A stretch of 32,000 bases of DNA from Salmonella phage vB-SalM-SJ2. The translations under genes and the position numbers were made by a program. Under the pieces are notes generated by a model. The model saw only the letters and a program-made list of their open reading frames with translations, did not search any database and was not told where the DNA came from. Of the stretch, positions 9,088-17,911 are shown piece after piece (position 1 is the first letter of the stretch; the number at the start of each line of letters is the position of its first letter). The stretch lies in the sequence record KJ174317.1. The stretch is one strand, 5' to 3'.

Positions 9088-9621
9088 ATGGCGACAGTCA
9101 ATGAGTTTCGCGCAGCCATGTCACGAGGGGGCGGCGTACAACGCCAACACCGCTGGCGTGTGACTGTAAACTTTCCTTCTTTTGTTGCTGGTTCCGACAC
9201 AATTCGCGACGTGTCCTTGCTGGCTGTAACTACCAACACCCCGACAGGTCAGCTGGGTGAAATTCTGGTGCCCTGGGGTGGTCGTGAACTTCCATTCCCA
9301 GGCGACCGTCGTTTCGAAGCACTGCCTGTAACATTCATTAACGTTGTGAACAACGCGCCGTACAACGCATTTGAAGTGTGGCAGCAATTCATCAACGGTA
9401 GTGAAAACAACCGCGCCAGCGCGAATCCAGATGACTATTTCCGTGATATCATCATGGAGCTTCTGGATGCTAATGACAATGTCACCAAGACATGGACTTT
9501 GCAGGGTGGCTGGCCTCAAAACCTCGGCCAATTGGAACTCGATATGTCGGCAATGGACTCTTATACACAGTTCACCGTCGATCTGCGTTATTTCCAAGCC
9601 GTGTCAGACAAATCTTTATAA
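9088..9621 (+). CDS. 19: Tail tube protein, gp19-like
   Basis: Position downstream of gp18; FPSFVAGSDTIRDVSLLAVTTNTPTGQLGEILVPWGGRELPFPGDRRFEALPVTFINVVNNAPYNAFEVWQQFIN. Confidence 0.93.
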   Translation: MATVNEFRAAMSRGGGVQRQHRWRVTVNFPSFVAGSDTIRDVSLLAVTTNTPTGQLGEILVPWGGRELPFPGDRRFEALPVTFINVVNNAPYNAFEVWQQFINGSENNRASANPDDYFRDIIMELLDANDNVTKTWTLQGGWPQNLGQLELDMSAMDSYTQFTVDLRYFQAVSDKSL

Positions 9622-9688
9622 TGTCCTCGGTGCTGGGGGAATCATATTCCCCCTCACTAATTACAAGAAAATGTTGAGGACTTAGATC

Positions 9689-11371
9689 ATGGCTGGATAC
9701 GGCAGAGGGTTCTTCGGTTTGTTTGGCGGCGGCGGTTTGGTGAACGCTAAAGTCGACACCGATAAGTTAGCCCAAAAACAAGATGAACGGTTGCTAACCA
9801 AAGCGACAGTTGTTGCTCTGGACGACGCTCAAGACGGTTCTATAATCCTTCAGGGTGGTGCGAACACCTACAACTATGTTGGCGTTGAAAGTGAACTTCT
9901 CAGCGTTAAAACAGTTGTGGAAGAATATCAGTCCATGGCTCAACAGCCTGAAATTCGCAAAGCGGTGGACATTATTGTCAATGATGTTGTCACCTGTGAG
10001 GAAGATGAAACTCCAGTGACAGTAAACCTTGACAAAGTTGAAGGGATATCTGATACTGTTAAAGAATCTATCACTGAATGCTTCAAAGAAGTTATGCACT
10101 TGATGGACTTTGACAATACGGCATATCAGAAGATCCGGAAATGGTATGTTGACGGTCGACAAGCATATCATGTCATCGTTGATCCCACGAATAAAAAAGG
10201 CGGGATCAAGAAATTGGTTATGCTTGATTCTCGTTGCATTCGTCCTGTCTATATCGTTGAGAAGGCGATGCGTGAAGGCGGTATTGAAGCAATAGAATCC
10301 GTAACATTGAAGTATTATTACAACCCGAATTATAATCGAAACCAATTCACTGGCCAATCTGGTACTTCCCAGAACTTCCAGCCTTCACAGCAAGAACTCG
10401 TATTCGATGACGAAAGCATTGTTTACATCGATAGTGGTGAAGAGCCATTGGCCAATGGTATTGTCCCAGGCCTTTTAAATCCTGCTATCCGTCCGTTGAA
10501 CAACCTGGTTACGACTGAAGATGCGACTGTAATTTATGCCATCACTCGCGCCCCTGAGAAACGCGCATTCTATCTTGACGTCGGTACTCTCGGTAAGAAA
10601 TCTGCTGAAGAATACATGACCATGATGATGGGTAAATTCAAAAACCGCAACGCATATGACCGCACCACTGGTAAGATAACAGGTAATGCCCATCTTATGG
10701 GTATTGCAGAGGATTATTGGTTGCCGCGCCGCGAAGGTCAGAATGCTACAGAGATCGCGACTGTTGGGGGTGGGAATCAATTGGGTGAAATGGATCACGT
10801 GAACTATTTCCGTGAAAAACTCTATGATGCTCTAATGATCCCTAAGAGCCGCCTCCAAGAGGAAGGATCTATTAACATTGGGGGTTCTAACCTTGCGGAG
10901 ATTACACAGGAAGAGCTGCGTTTCAGCAAGTTCTGTGCTGGGTTACGTCGTCGTTATTCCCATTTCTTTATGGAGTTTTTACGTCGCCAATTAATTTTGA
11001 AAGGCGTGACTGACGAAAAAGATTGGAATGAAAAAATCAAGCCGTTTATTAAGTTTGAATTCACTTCTGATAGCTATATTCGTGAGCAACAAGAAAACGC
11101 CATATTAAATGATCGCCTGGCTTCTCTGAACACTGTTGAGCCTTTTGTTGGTTCTATATTCTCCATCGATTATGTCATGCGGAATGTTCTGCGTATGTCA
11201 GACGAAGAAGTTAAAGAACAACAGGCTAAGATCGCGGAAGAGAAGAAGAAAGGTCTCTATCCGAAGGTTCAAGCAGATGAAACTGGCAATTATAGTGGTT
11301 CAGATGTTAGTCCGTTGAAGTTTAAACCTGAGACTCTCCCATTCTCCGGTTCAACAGACGATAGTATTTAA
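9689..11371 (+). CDS. 20: Portal protein, gp20-like
   Basis: PEIRKAVDIIVNDVV..., APEKRAFYLDVGTLGKKSAEEYM, RKRNAYD-like KFKNRNAYDRTTGKI, EDYWLPRREGQNATEIATVGGGNQLGEMDHVNYF are hallmark gp20-family features. Confidence 0.96.
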   Translation: MAGYGRGFFGLFGGGGLVNAKVDTDKLAQKQDERLLTKATVVALDDAQDGSIILQGGANTYNYVGVESELLSVKTVVEEYQSMAQQPEIRKAVDIIVNDVVTCEEDETPVTVNLDKVEGISDTVKESITECFKEVMHLMDFDNTAYQKIRKWYVDGRQAYHVIVDPTNKKGGIKKLVMLDSRCIRPVYIVEKAMREGGIEAIESVTLKYYYNPNYNRNQFTGQSGTSQNFQPSQQELVFDDESIVYIDSGEEPLANGIVPGLLNPAIRPLNNLVTTEDATVIYAITRAPEKRAFYLDVGTLGKKSAEEYMTMMMGKFKNRNAYDRTTGKITGNAHLMGIAEDYWLPRREGQNATEIATVGGGNQLGEMDHVNYFREKLYDALMIPKSRLQEEGSINIGGSNLAEITQEELRFSKFCAGLRRRYSHFFMEFLRRQLILKGVTDEKDWNEKIKPFIKFEFTSDSYIREQQENAILNDRLASLNTVEPFVGSIFSIDYVMRNVLRMSDEEVKEQQAKIAEEKKKGLYPKVQADETGNYSGSDVSPLKFKPETLPFSGSTDDSI

Positions 11372-11378
11372 AGTTCAA

Positions 11379-11385
11379 CTAAATA
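11379..11385 (+). promoter_or_regulatory. Putative late promoter core (CTAAATA)
   Basis: ttcaactaaatatag 34 nt upstream of ATG 11413. Confidence 0.5.
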
Positions 11386-11412
11386 TAGAAAATTAATTCG
11401 GAGATCAAAATC

Positions 11413-11583
11413 ATGAGCGCAATTGATATCGTTCGTGCAGTAATTGACGGTGACACTGAAACTGCTGTTGCAGAATGCAACATGGAACTTGATGCACGTA
11501 GTCAAGAACTATTGAACCAAGGCACAGCATATGTTCTGGATTCTATCGCAGCCGATATGAATTCAAACAACAACGGCCAGTAA
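11413..11583 (+). CDS. Small prohead core protein, gp67-like by position (56 aa)
   Basis: MSAIDIVRAVIDGDTETAVAECNMELDARSQELLNQGTAYVLDSIAADMNSNNNGQ*; between portal and the next core-like gene; below the ORF-track length cut-off. Confidence 0.7.
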   Translation: MSAIDIVRAVIDGDTETAVAECNMELDARSQELLNQGTAYVLDSIAADMNSNNNGQ

Positions 11584-11591
11584 GGAGATGC

Positions 11592-11909
11592 ATGATGGAA
11601 ATCACAGAGATCGCCACGTTCGCTGATTTCCTGGCCTCTCGTATGGACGAGCAGCGAGTCATCGATAAAGTGAACGCTCGTGGTAAACGCCGCCGCCGCT
11701 TGAAATGTGCCCCTGGGTTCAAATTGTCGGCTGATGGTTCACGTTGTGAAGTTATGGACGCCAGCGAACGTCGTGTTCGCAAGATCGGCAACCGCAAAGC
11801 CCTCCGCTCTAAAAAGCGTATGGGAATGGGCTATCAACGTAAAATCGAGCGCCGCAAGAAAAAGGCTATGAAGTTCCGCAAAATGATGGGACTGAGTAAG
11901 AACAAGTAA
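11592..11909 (+). CDS. Prohead core protein, gp68-like by position, very basic C-terminus
   Basis: GKRRRRLKCAPGFKL...RKIERRKKKAMKFRKMMGLSKNK; position between the gp67-like gene and the protease. Confidence 0.7.
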   Translation: MMEITEIATFADFLASRMDEQRVIDKVNARGKRRRRLKCAPGFKLSADGSRCEVMDASERRVRKIGNRKALRSKKRMGMGYQRKIERRKKKAMKFRKMMGLSKNK

Positions 11910-11916
11910 GGAGTTT

Positions 11917-12585
11917 ATGATGAAACTGTTGCGTGAGATCACAGCGATAGGGAAGGATCTTCAAATCGGTGAGGCCACAACCTCAACTGGTGGGAAGGCC
12001 ATGTTCATCGAAGGTCCGTTTGTGATGTGTAACCAAGTCAACCGTAACGGGCGTAACTATGATCTGCAGAAAGTGGGTATTCCTGCTGTCGAAGCATACG
12101 ACAAAGAGTATATCCAAGATCGTCGCGCAATCGGTGAAGTCACACATCCTGACTATCCTTTCCCTAATTTAGTGGAAGCTGCGCTCAAAACCGAATCCCT
12201 TCTCTGGGAAGGCACTAATGCCATCGGGCGGGCGCGAATTTTAAACACACCAAAAGGCCAAATCATCCGTGCATTGGCCGAAGCAGACTTCAATCTGGCC
12301 GTATCTACTCGTGGCCTGGGTGAGACTAAGTCGGTAAGCGGTTATGATGATGTTCAGCCTGGCTTTATGCTTACCGCCGTTGACGCAGTTGACCGTCCTT
12401 CTGGACAAGTTTGTTATGTTAAGGCTGTGAGTGAATCTGTTGAATGGCAGCTGGACGAGGCTTCGGGTATTTGGATGCCTCGTGATGTTAAAGGGAAAGT
12501 TGTAGACCAGTTGGTGAAAGCCAATATCCAGGTTGAAGACGATTTCCTGCGCCGCCTTGATGCAGCATTGAATCATCTGGGCTGA
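11917..12585 (+). CDS. 21: Prohead core protease, gp21-like
   Basis: NRNGRNYDLQ..., RRAIGEVTHPDYP, NLAVSTRGLGE match the phage prohead serine protease pattern (His and Ser in conserved contexts). Confidence 0.93.
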   Translation: MMKLLREITAIGKDLQIGEATTSTGGKAMFIEGPFVMCNQVNRNGRNYDLQKVGIPAVEAYDKEYIQDRRAIGEVTHPDYPFPNLVEAALKTESLLWEGTNAIGRARILNTPKGQIIRALAEADFNLAVSTRGLGETKSVSGYDDVQPGFMLTAVDAVDRPSGQVCYVKAVSESVEWQLDEASGIWMPRDVKGKVVDQLVKANIQVEDDFLRRLDAALNHLG

Positions 12586-12596
12586 ATTTCAGCTCA

Positions 12597-12603
12597 CTAA
12601 ATA
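12597..12603 (+). promoter_or_regulatory. Putative late promoter core (CTAAATA)
   Basis: cactaaatactg 35 nt upstream of the gp22 ATG. Confidence 0.5.
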
Positions 12604-12631
12604 CTGAAAAATCGTTCAGAAGGAAACTATC

Positions 12632-13471
12632 ATGAAACCTGAATTGCAAAATCTGTTTGAAGGCGTTAACGGCATCAGCCCAGATTTCCTGGATAAAGTA
12701 TCCAATTTGCTGGAATCGAAAGTTGAAGCGGCTCGTCTGAAAGCTATCCAAGAAACCGAAGCAGCTGGCAACGTCGAGCGCCTGAATCTGGTAGAATCTC
12801 ACCAGAAAGAAATCGCCGACCTGAAAGAAAATTTCATTCTGCAATTGGCTGGGAAAGTTGACTCATTCCTCAACGCGGTGGTTGAAGAATGGGCTAACAA
12901 AAATGCCCCAGCTATTGACGCTCAGATCAAAACTGAAGCTGCTGAACGCTTCCTCACTGGTTTCTCCAACGTGCTGAAAGAAGCAGGTGTGAGTTTCGCT
13001 ACTGACCCAGACGGTCAGATTGCCGCCCTCACCAGTCGCCTTGCTGAAGCAGAACAACGCGCCAACATGGCTAATACAGAGTTGAGCCAACTCAAAGAAA
13101 GCGAGACTAAACGCCAGCGCACCGACGTAATTGATCGCATTTGTGAAGGTATGGTTGACACCAAGAAAGACACTGTTGTCAACCTGCTGGAAGGTATTGA
13201 ATTCCAGACCGAGTCTGAATTCGAATCGCGTGTTCGCACCTTCCGTAATCTGGTAGAAGGTAAAGATGACTTCTCTGACAAAGTCGGTAAAGACAATGAA
13301 AAGGGTAAGCCAGATGGCGACAAGGCTGAAAAAGACATCAAAGAAGGTAAGAAACAGAAAAAAGAAGGTGATGATGTTGACGACGATAAAGACGACGACG
13401 ATAAAGACGAAGTTGGCAAAGAAGTCAACGAAGCCGTCCGTCGCCAGATCAGCGCCATTCTGAACGGCTAA
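12632..13471 (+). CDS. 22: Prohead core scaffolding protein, gp22-like
   Basis: Coiled-coil, charged and acidic protein between gp21 and gp23; FEGVNGISPDFLDKVSNLLESKVEAARLKAIQE. Confidence 0.85.
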   Translation: MKPELQNLFEGVNGISPDFLDKVSNLLESKVEAARLKAIQETEAAGNVERLNLVESHQKEIADLKENFILQLAGKVDSFLNAVVEEWANKNAPAIDAQIKTEAAERFLTGFSNVLKEAGVSFATDPDGQIAALTSRLAEAEQRANMANTELSQLKESETKRQRTDVIDRICEGMVDTKKDTVVNLLEGIEFQTESEFESRVRTFRNLVEGKDDFSDKVGKDNEKGKPDGDKAEKDIKEGKKQKKEGDDVDDDKDDDDKDEVGKEVNEAVRRQISAILNG

Positions 13472-13484
13472 TTTTAGCAGCCAC

Positions 13485-13502
13485 AGCCCTCGAAAGGGGG
13501 CT
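13485..13502 (+). terminator. Hairpin with GAAA tetraloop between gp22 and gp23; possible weak terminator or attenuator
   Basis: agccctc-gaaa-gggggct followed by tgattttg. Confidence 0.5.
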
Positions 13503-13562
13503 TGATTTTGAACTACTAAGTAATTTCAACTTAACTGAATATCAATGTAAGGAACGAGCATC

Positions 13563-14885
13563 ATGACTAAGAAACTTGTAACCGAAGAAATGCGCAAACA
13601 GTGGCTGCCAGTTCTCCAAAAAGAATCTGAAGCCATCCAACCTCTGTCTGCCGAAAACGTAACCATCCGTCTGATGCAAAACCAGGCCGAGTGGAACGCT
13701 AAAAACCTGGGTGAATCCGACGCTCCTGGTTCTGTAAACAGCACTGTCGGTAAATGGCAGCCAGTCCTGATCGACATGGCAAAACGTCTGGCGCCGATCA
13801 ACATCGCAATGGACTTCTTCGGCGTTCAGCCGCTGTCTGGTCCTGATGGTCAGATCTTCGCACTGCGTGCTCGCCAAGGCGTTGGTGACGGTTCCAACAC
13901 CGCACAGTCTCGTAAAGAACTGTTCATGCAGGAAGCCGATTCCGGCTACTCTGGTGATGGCACTGTGCAGGCTGGCGACCCGTCAGGCTTCAGTCAGGCT
14001 GAGATCGAAGGTTCCGGCTCTGTTGTGACCACTATCGGTAAAGGTATGCCGTCAACCGACGCGGAACTGCTGGGTACTACCACCAATCCGTGGGCGCGTG
14101 TTGGTATTACCGTTCAGAAAGCGACCGTTACTGCCAAGTCTCGCGGCCTGTATGCTGATTACAGCCATGAACTGCGTCAGGATATGATGGCAATTCACGG
14201 CGAAGACGTGGACAATATCCTGTCTGACGTGATGGTAACTGAAATTCAGGCGGAAATGAACCGTGAATTCATCCGCACCATGAACTTCAGTGCTGTTCGT
14301 TTCAAAAAATTCGGCACCAACGGTGTTGTTGATATCGCGCAGGACATCTCCGGTCGTTGGGCGCTGGAAAAATGGAAATTCCTGACTTTCATGCTGGAAG
14401 TCGAAGCGAATGGTATCGGCGTTGACACCCGTCGTGGTAAAGGCAACCGTGTTCTGTGTTCTCCGAACGTGGCGTCTGCTCTGGCGATGTCCGGCATGCT
14501 GGACTATGCTCCGGTTCTGCAGGAAAACACCAAACTGGCTGTTGACCCGACTGGTCAGACCTTCGCGGGTGTTCTGTCCAACGGCATGCGCGTCTATGTT
14601 GACCCATATGCTGTAGCAGAATATATCACCCTGGCGTATAAAGGCGCGACCGCGCTGGATGCTGGTATCTTCTTCGCACCGTATGTGCCGCTGGAAATGT
14701 ACCGCACCCAGGGTGAAACCACCTTCGCTCCGCGCATGGCGTTCAAAACCCGTTACGGCATCTGTGCTAACCCGTTCGTACAGATTCCGGCTAACCAAGA
14801 CCCGCAGGTTTACGTGACTGCTGACGGTATTGCTCAAGACAGCAACCCGTATTTCAGGAAAGGTCTGATAAAGTCGCTGTTTTAA
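13563..14885 (+). CDS. 23: Major capsid protein, gp23-like
   Basis: TMKLAPINIAMDFFGVQPLSGPDGQIFALRA-like segment, LYADYSHELRQDMMAIHGEDV, GNRVLCSPNVASALAMSG; synteny. Confidence 0.96.
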   Translation: MTKKLVTEEMRKQWLPVLQKESEAIQPLSAENVTIRLMQNQAEWNAKNLGESDAPGSVNSTVGKWQPVLIDMAKRLAPINIAMDFFGVQPLSGPDGQIFALRARQGVGDGSNTAQSRKELFMQEADSGYSGDGTVQAGDPSGFSQAEIEGSGSVVTTIGKGMPSTDAELLGTTTNPWARVGITVQKATVTAKSRGLYADYSHELRQDMMAIHGEDVDNILSDVMVTEIQAEMNREFIRTMNFSAVRFKKFGTNGVVDIAQDISGRWALEKWKFLTFMLEVEANGIGVDTRRGKGNRVLCSPNVASALAMSGMLDYAPVLQENTKLAVDPTGQTFAGVLSNGMRVYVDPYAVAEYITLAYKGATALDAGIFFAPYVPLEMYRTQGETTFAPRMAFKTRYGICANPFVQIPANQDPQVYVTADGIAQDSNPYFRKGLIKSLF

Positions 14886-14914
14886 TAGCTAAAACAAAGA
14901 CTTACGCTATAATC

Positions 14915-14939
14915 AAACCCCGCCATGTGCGGGGTTTTC
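14915..14939 (+). terminator. Rho-independent terminator after gp23
   Basis: aaaccccgc-catgt-gcggggttt followed by tcttttc. Confidence 0.88.
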
Positions 14940-14982
14940 TTTTCTAAGATATGGGGTTATATTACTCAGAAAGGAGATCATT

Positions 14983-15828
14983 ATGACCCCGTATGTGTAC
15001 AGAATAAAATCTAAACAAGGACATTTCTATTACGGATGTCGTTATTCCAAAGATTGCCATCCCGATGATTTGTGGGCAACATATTTCACTTCTTCCTCCC
15101 TGGTTAAATCTTTAATAGAAGAAAATGGGTTAGAATTCTTTGACACCAAGATTGTTATGGTATGTGAAACTCCAGAAGATGCTCTGCGCGTAGAAGGATT
15201 ATTAATATCAAAGACTCATAAGTTTCCTGGCTGTTTGAATCAATTCCTTTGTCGTAAAGATGGGACGCCTGTCCACCTGGGTACATATGGCACTCCTTCT
15301 GAAAAGGTACGACAGAAAATTTCTTCGTCAAACAAAGGTAAAAAGAGGACAAAAGAGACAAGAGAAAGAATTAAATTAGGGAAAACGGGAACCACTTGGT
15401 CTGAAGCACAAAGGAATGGCGTCAAGGCTTTCCAACAAACAGAAGCGTACCAACAATTAAGAAACAAAATCAATACAACCAATAAAAATAGAACAAAAAC
15501 TCCCGAAGAGTTGGCTTCCATTTCAGCTTCCCTGAGAGGACGTAAGAAGCCCGCTGGATTTGGGGAAAGGGTATCAGCCACCAATAAAGTAAGAAACTCT
15601 TCTCTGAGCATTTGGCAAACGAATAGAGCCAAACCATTACAACACGTTTGGGTTATGGCTGACCAATTCTATCAATTATGGAAGAATGAAGGTTGGGGAC
15701 ATGAACGATTTTGTAACCGGATGAACGACGGGAATAATATTCGAGTGTTCTATAACATGTACAAAATGTTCAAATACGAAAATTGGGTTCCTATGGAAGA
15801 CCCTGAATGGGTAAATGATTTCATGTAG
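14983..15828 (+). CDS. GIY-YIG-like homing endonuclease with NUMOD3-like repeats
   Basis: PYVYRIKSKQGHFYYGCRYSKDCHPDDLW; NUMOD3-like SEKVRQKISSSNKGKKRTKETRERIKLGKTG and TPEELASISASLRGRKKP. Confidence 0.8.
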   Translation: MTPYVYRIKSKQGHFYYGCRYSKDCHPDDLWATYFTSSSLVKSLIEENGLEFFDTKIVMVCETPEDALRVEGLLISKTHKFPGCLNQFLCRKDGTPVHLGTYGTPSEKVRQKISSSNKGKKRTKETRERIKLGKTGTTWSEAQRNGVKAFQQTEAYQQLRNKINTTNKNRTKTPEELASISASLRGRKKPAGFGERVSATNKVRNSSLSIWQTNRAKPLQHVWVMADQFYQLWKNEGWGHERFCNRMNDGNNIRVFYNMYKMFKYENWVPMEDPEWVNDFM

Positions 15829-15888
15829 TTTTTCTTTATCTACCCTCAGTGCTATCATGATATGGTCTATCACTGAGAGATCTATATT

Positions 15889-16329
15889 ATGTCAAAAGAA
15901 AAATACATATTCATCAGCCCCGCTACGAAGGAGTTCTTCATCTCCGACGTGAAAGATCGTGTTGAGAAGTTCCGCTACATGCGCAGCTATGGTCTGGCAT
16001 CCGGTGATATTGATTATCAGTCACTGGACAATGATCGCCAAGATCTGATCGACGATGGTTGGCGTTTAGTTCCGTCCCCTCAGTACATTCATATCACGTT
16101 GTACTATATGAAGGACAGCGGGAAGTTCTATTCCGAAGGTGAACTCGTACTCAATCGAGGAGAAGCAGAAGCCGAACCTGCCAAAACCTGGATGTTGGCA
16201 ATGGATCAGATCCGTGAATTGCTGGACTCCGGTAATCTGCCTGGCCTGATCAAGGGTTCAAAATTCGACGTGTTCGTTACTGGCCAGGGTCATCCTGGTG
16301 GATACCCACATCTGTTCCGTATTAACTGA
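15889..16329 (+). CDS. Hypothetical phage protein, 146 aa
   Basis: ORF starting MSKEKYIFISPATKEFFISDVKDR; compact spacing to the next gene. Confidence 0.65.
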   Translation: MSKEKYIFISPATKEFFISDVKDRVEKFRYMRSYGLASGDIDYQSLDNDRQDLIDDGWRLVPSPQYIHITLYYMKDSGKFYSEGELVLNRGEAEAEPAKTWMLAMDQIRELLDSGNLPGLIKGSKFDVFVTGQGHPGGYPHLFRIN

Positions 16330-16337
16330 GGTCAATT

Positions 16338-16712
16338 ATGAGCAATTTACCACTGCTTCAAGTCGGTGACGTATTCATTCTCACGGCAGAAATGACCGTT
16401 GAAACTCAGGTGCCAAAGCATTTCTTGTATTCTAATTGCAAGGGTGATTGGCAAATGGACTCTGGTTATATCACCCCTGAGGGATTCTTCGGTTACATGC
16501 AAGGACATTACGTCGTTACCAAAACAGCCCTACAAGGCGGTAGCACTGGTCATGATCCATACCCTGACGGCCATCATGTTTGGGCGCAGCATACCGAAAA
16601 TGAACGCATCAGAATCTGTTTCTATCAGACAGGTAGTTTCAGGAATATGCACCGGAATGTTCCAGTAGTCGGAAAGGCTAAGGCGCAAACATGGACTTGG
16701 GAGAAATTATGA
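16338..16712 (+). CDS. Hypothetical phage protein, 124 aa
   Basis: ORF with gaggtcaatt-ATG; ATGA overlap with the next gene. Confidence 0.65.
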   Translation: MSNLPLLQVGDVFILTAEMTVETQVPKHFLYSNCKGDWQMDSGYITPEGFFGYMQGHYVVTKTALQGGSTGHDPYPDGHHVWAQHTENERIRICFYQTGSFRNMHRNVPVVGKAKAQTWTWEKL

Positions 16713-16945
16713 AAATCAAAAAGATAGGCGCAAGCCCATTGACGGGAACAATCTTCCAGGGCACTTTGAACACCAAGACCAGTATGTGGGTCGGTGAGAA
16801 GACTGATGTGACTAACGACTGTGTAGCGGCTACGGCTGAACACATGCGTCACATCAAGAAAGACTACTGCTTCCCTACTAAAGACGGCAAGTTCCTGGTG
16901 CTGAGCGCTGAGGTTCACGACACCCTTCCTGATCGCTTCAAATAA
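16709..16945 (+). CDS. Hypothetical phage protein, 78 aa
   Basis: ATG 16709 overlaps the previous stop; MKIKKIGASPLTGTIFQGTLNTKTSMWVGEKTDVTNDCV. Confidence 0.7.
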   Translation: MKIKKIGASPLTGTIFQGTLNTKTSMWVGEKTDVTNDCVAATAEHMRHIKKDYCFPTKDGKFLVLSAEVHDTLPDRFK

Positions 16946-16965
16946 ATTTAAAATTTATTCAATAA

Positions 16966-16994
16966 ACGGGGTTTACTTCTTCAATAAACCCCGT
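16966..16994 (+). terminator. Strong hairpin without clear U-tract
   Basis: acggggttta-cttcttcaa-taaaccccgt between ORFs. Confidence 0.5.
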
Positions 16995-17048
16995 ATACTT
17001 CATTCCATAAGCAGCACAATACTGACTCTGAAATGAAGGAACTACACC

Positions 17049-17486
17049 ATGACCACAGCAAAAGTTACCATCTACGCTTTCGACGCTTTCTCTAAATTTG
17101 ACGCATTCGTCTCCTCCGCATTTGGTATCAAAGAAGTTGAAGCAGAGAAAACTTTCTGTGGTGGACTCGGCAAGTTTGCCAACCTGAGTTTATCCCTGAC
17201 AGAGTTCATGAAATCTCTTGAAGGTCACTTTGACGCCGAAACCATTCGCACTTCCTTACTCAAGAAAGACGGCACCCCTCGCAAACTGGCTGGCAAGACT
17301 AGAATTTACGATGCTGACGGTTTTACTGTGTCTGTGCATTTTACAGAAGAACCTGTGTACGAACTTTTCAGCGGGTCTGAAGACCTCACTCACTATGTGG
17401 TCAGGAAAGGCGATTCCCGCCCTGTGTTCGAATCTGGCGACATCCTCGCCGCTATCAAAGAACTTGCGCGTCTGAATAGCCTCTAA
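17049..17486 (+). CDS. Hypothetical phage protein, 145 aa
   Basis: MTTAKVTIYAFDAFSKFDAFVSSAFGIKEVEAEKTFCGG... Confidence 0.65.
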   Translation: MTTAKVTIYAFDAFSKFDAFVSSAFGIKEVEAEKTFCGGLGKFANLSLSLTEFMKSLEGHFDAETIRTSLLKKDGTPRKLAGKTRIYDADGFTVSVHFTEEPVYELFSGSEDLTHYVVRKGDSRPVFESGDILAAIKELARLNSL

Positions 17487-17513
17487 CAGACGTTTGTTCT
17501 AAACCTTTGAACG

Positions 17514-17534
17514 GGGTATGGTTAATCCATACCC
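17514..17534 (+). repeat. Intergenic inverted repeat
   Basis: gggtatgg-ttaat-ccataccc. Confidence 0.5.
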
Positions 17535-17561
17535 TATCCCATACAAATAGAGGACTTTATC

Positions 17562-17906
17562 ATGACTACAAGAATTCCACCGCAGTCGATTGAAATCTCG
17601 AAGGTCGTCAATATCGAACCTCGTCGAGGAACCCGTAAACCCCGCGCGGGGCGTCATCTGACCACCAAGCTGGATCTTCTGAAACAGAAGTTCGGCGACC
17701 ACAGTGTGTTTACCCGTATCCGCAACGCATTAAAGGAAGGGCGAACCGAGTTGGAGCTATATCGTCCAAACGGTTCGACTCGAGCGTATCAGACCACCGA
17801 CGGTTTGCTGGAACTGATCCGCCTATCAGGGATGAACATAGAACCCCGTTCATCGGGAACCCCGCTATGCAGCCTGTACGTCATCAGCAATCTTGGGGCG
17901 CTGTGA
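17562..17906 (+). CDS. Hypothetical phage protein, 114 aa
   Basis: MTTRIPPQSIEISKVVNIEPRRGTRKPRAGRHLTTKLDLLKQKFG...; gaggactttatc-ATG. Confidence 0.6.
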   Translation: MTTRIPPQSIEISKVVNIEPRRGTRKPRAGRHLTTKLDLLKQKFGDHSVFTRIRNALKEGRTELELYRPNGSTRAYQTTDGLLELIRLSGMNIEPRSSGTPLCSLYVISNLGAL

Positions 17907-17911
17907 GTTCT

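Noticed and set aside
9635-9653. gggggaa-tcata-ttccccc hairpin after gp19 as a terminator
   Set aside because: Good stem but no U-tract and the portal gene follows within 36 nt; not called as a terminator without transcript data.
9794-10357. 187-aa minus-strand ORF in the portal gene
   Set aside because: Antisense to a high-confidence portal gene; no RBS evidence.
13015-13458. Ser/Leu-rich 147-aa minus-strand ORF
   Set aside because: Antisense of the charged gp22 scaffold; the SSLSSSSLSSSTSS tract is the reverse complement of the GAY/AAA-rich acidic tail.
14052-14837. 261-aa minus-strand ORF antisense to the major capsid gene
   Set aside because: Antisense to gp23; composition mirrors the codon bias of the plus strand and no protein family features are visible.
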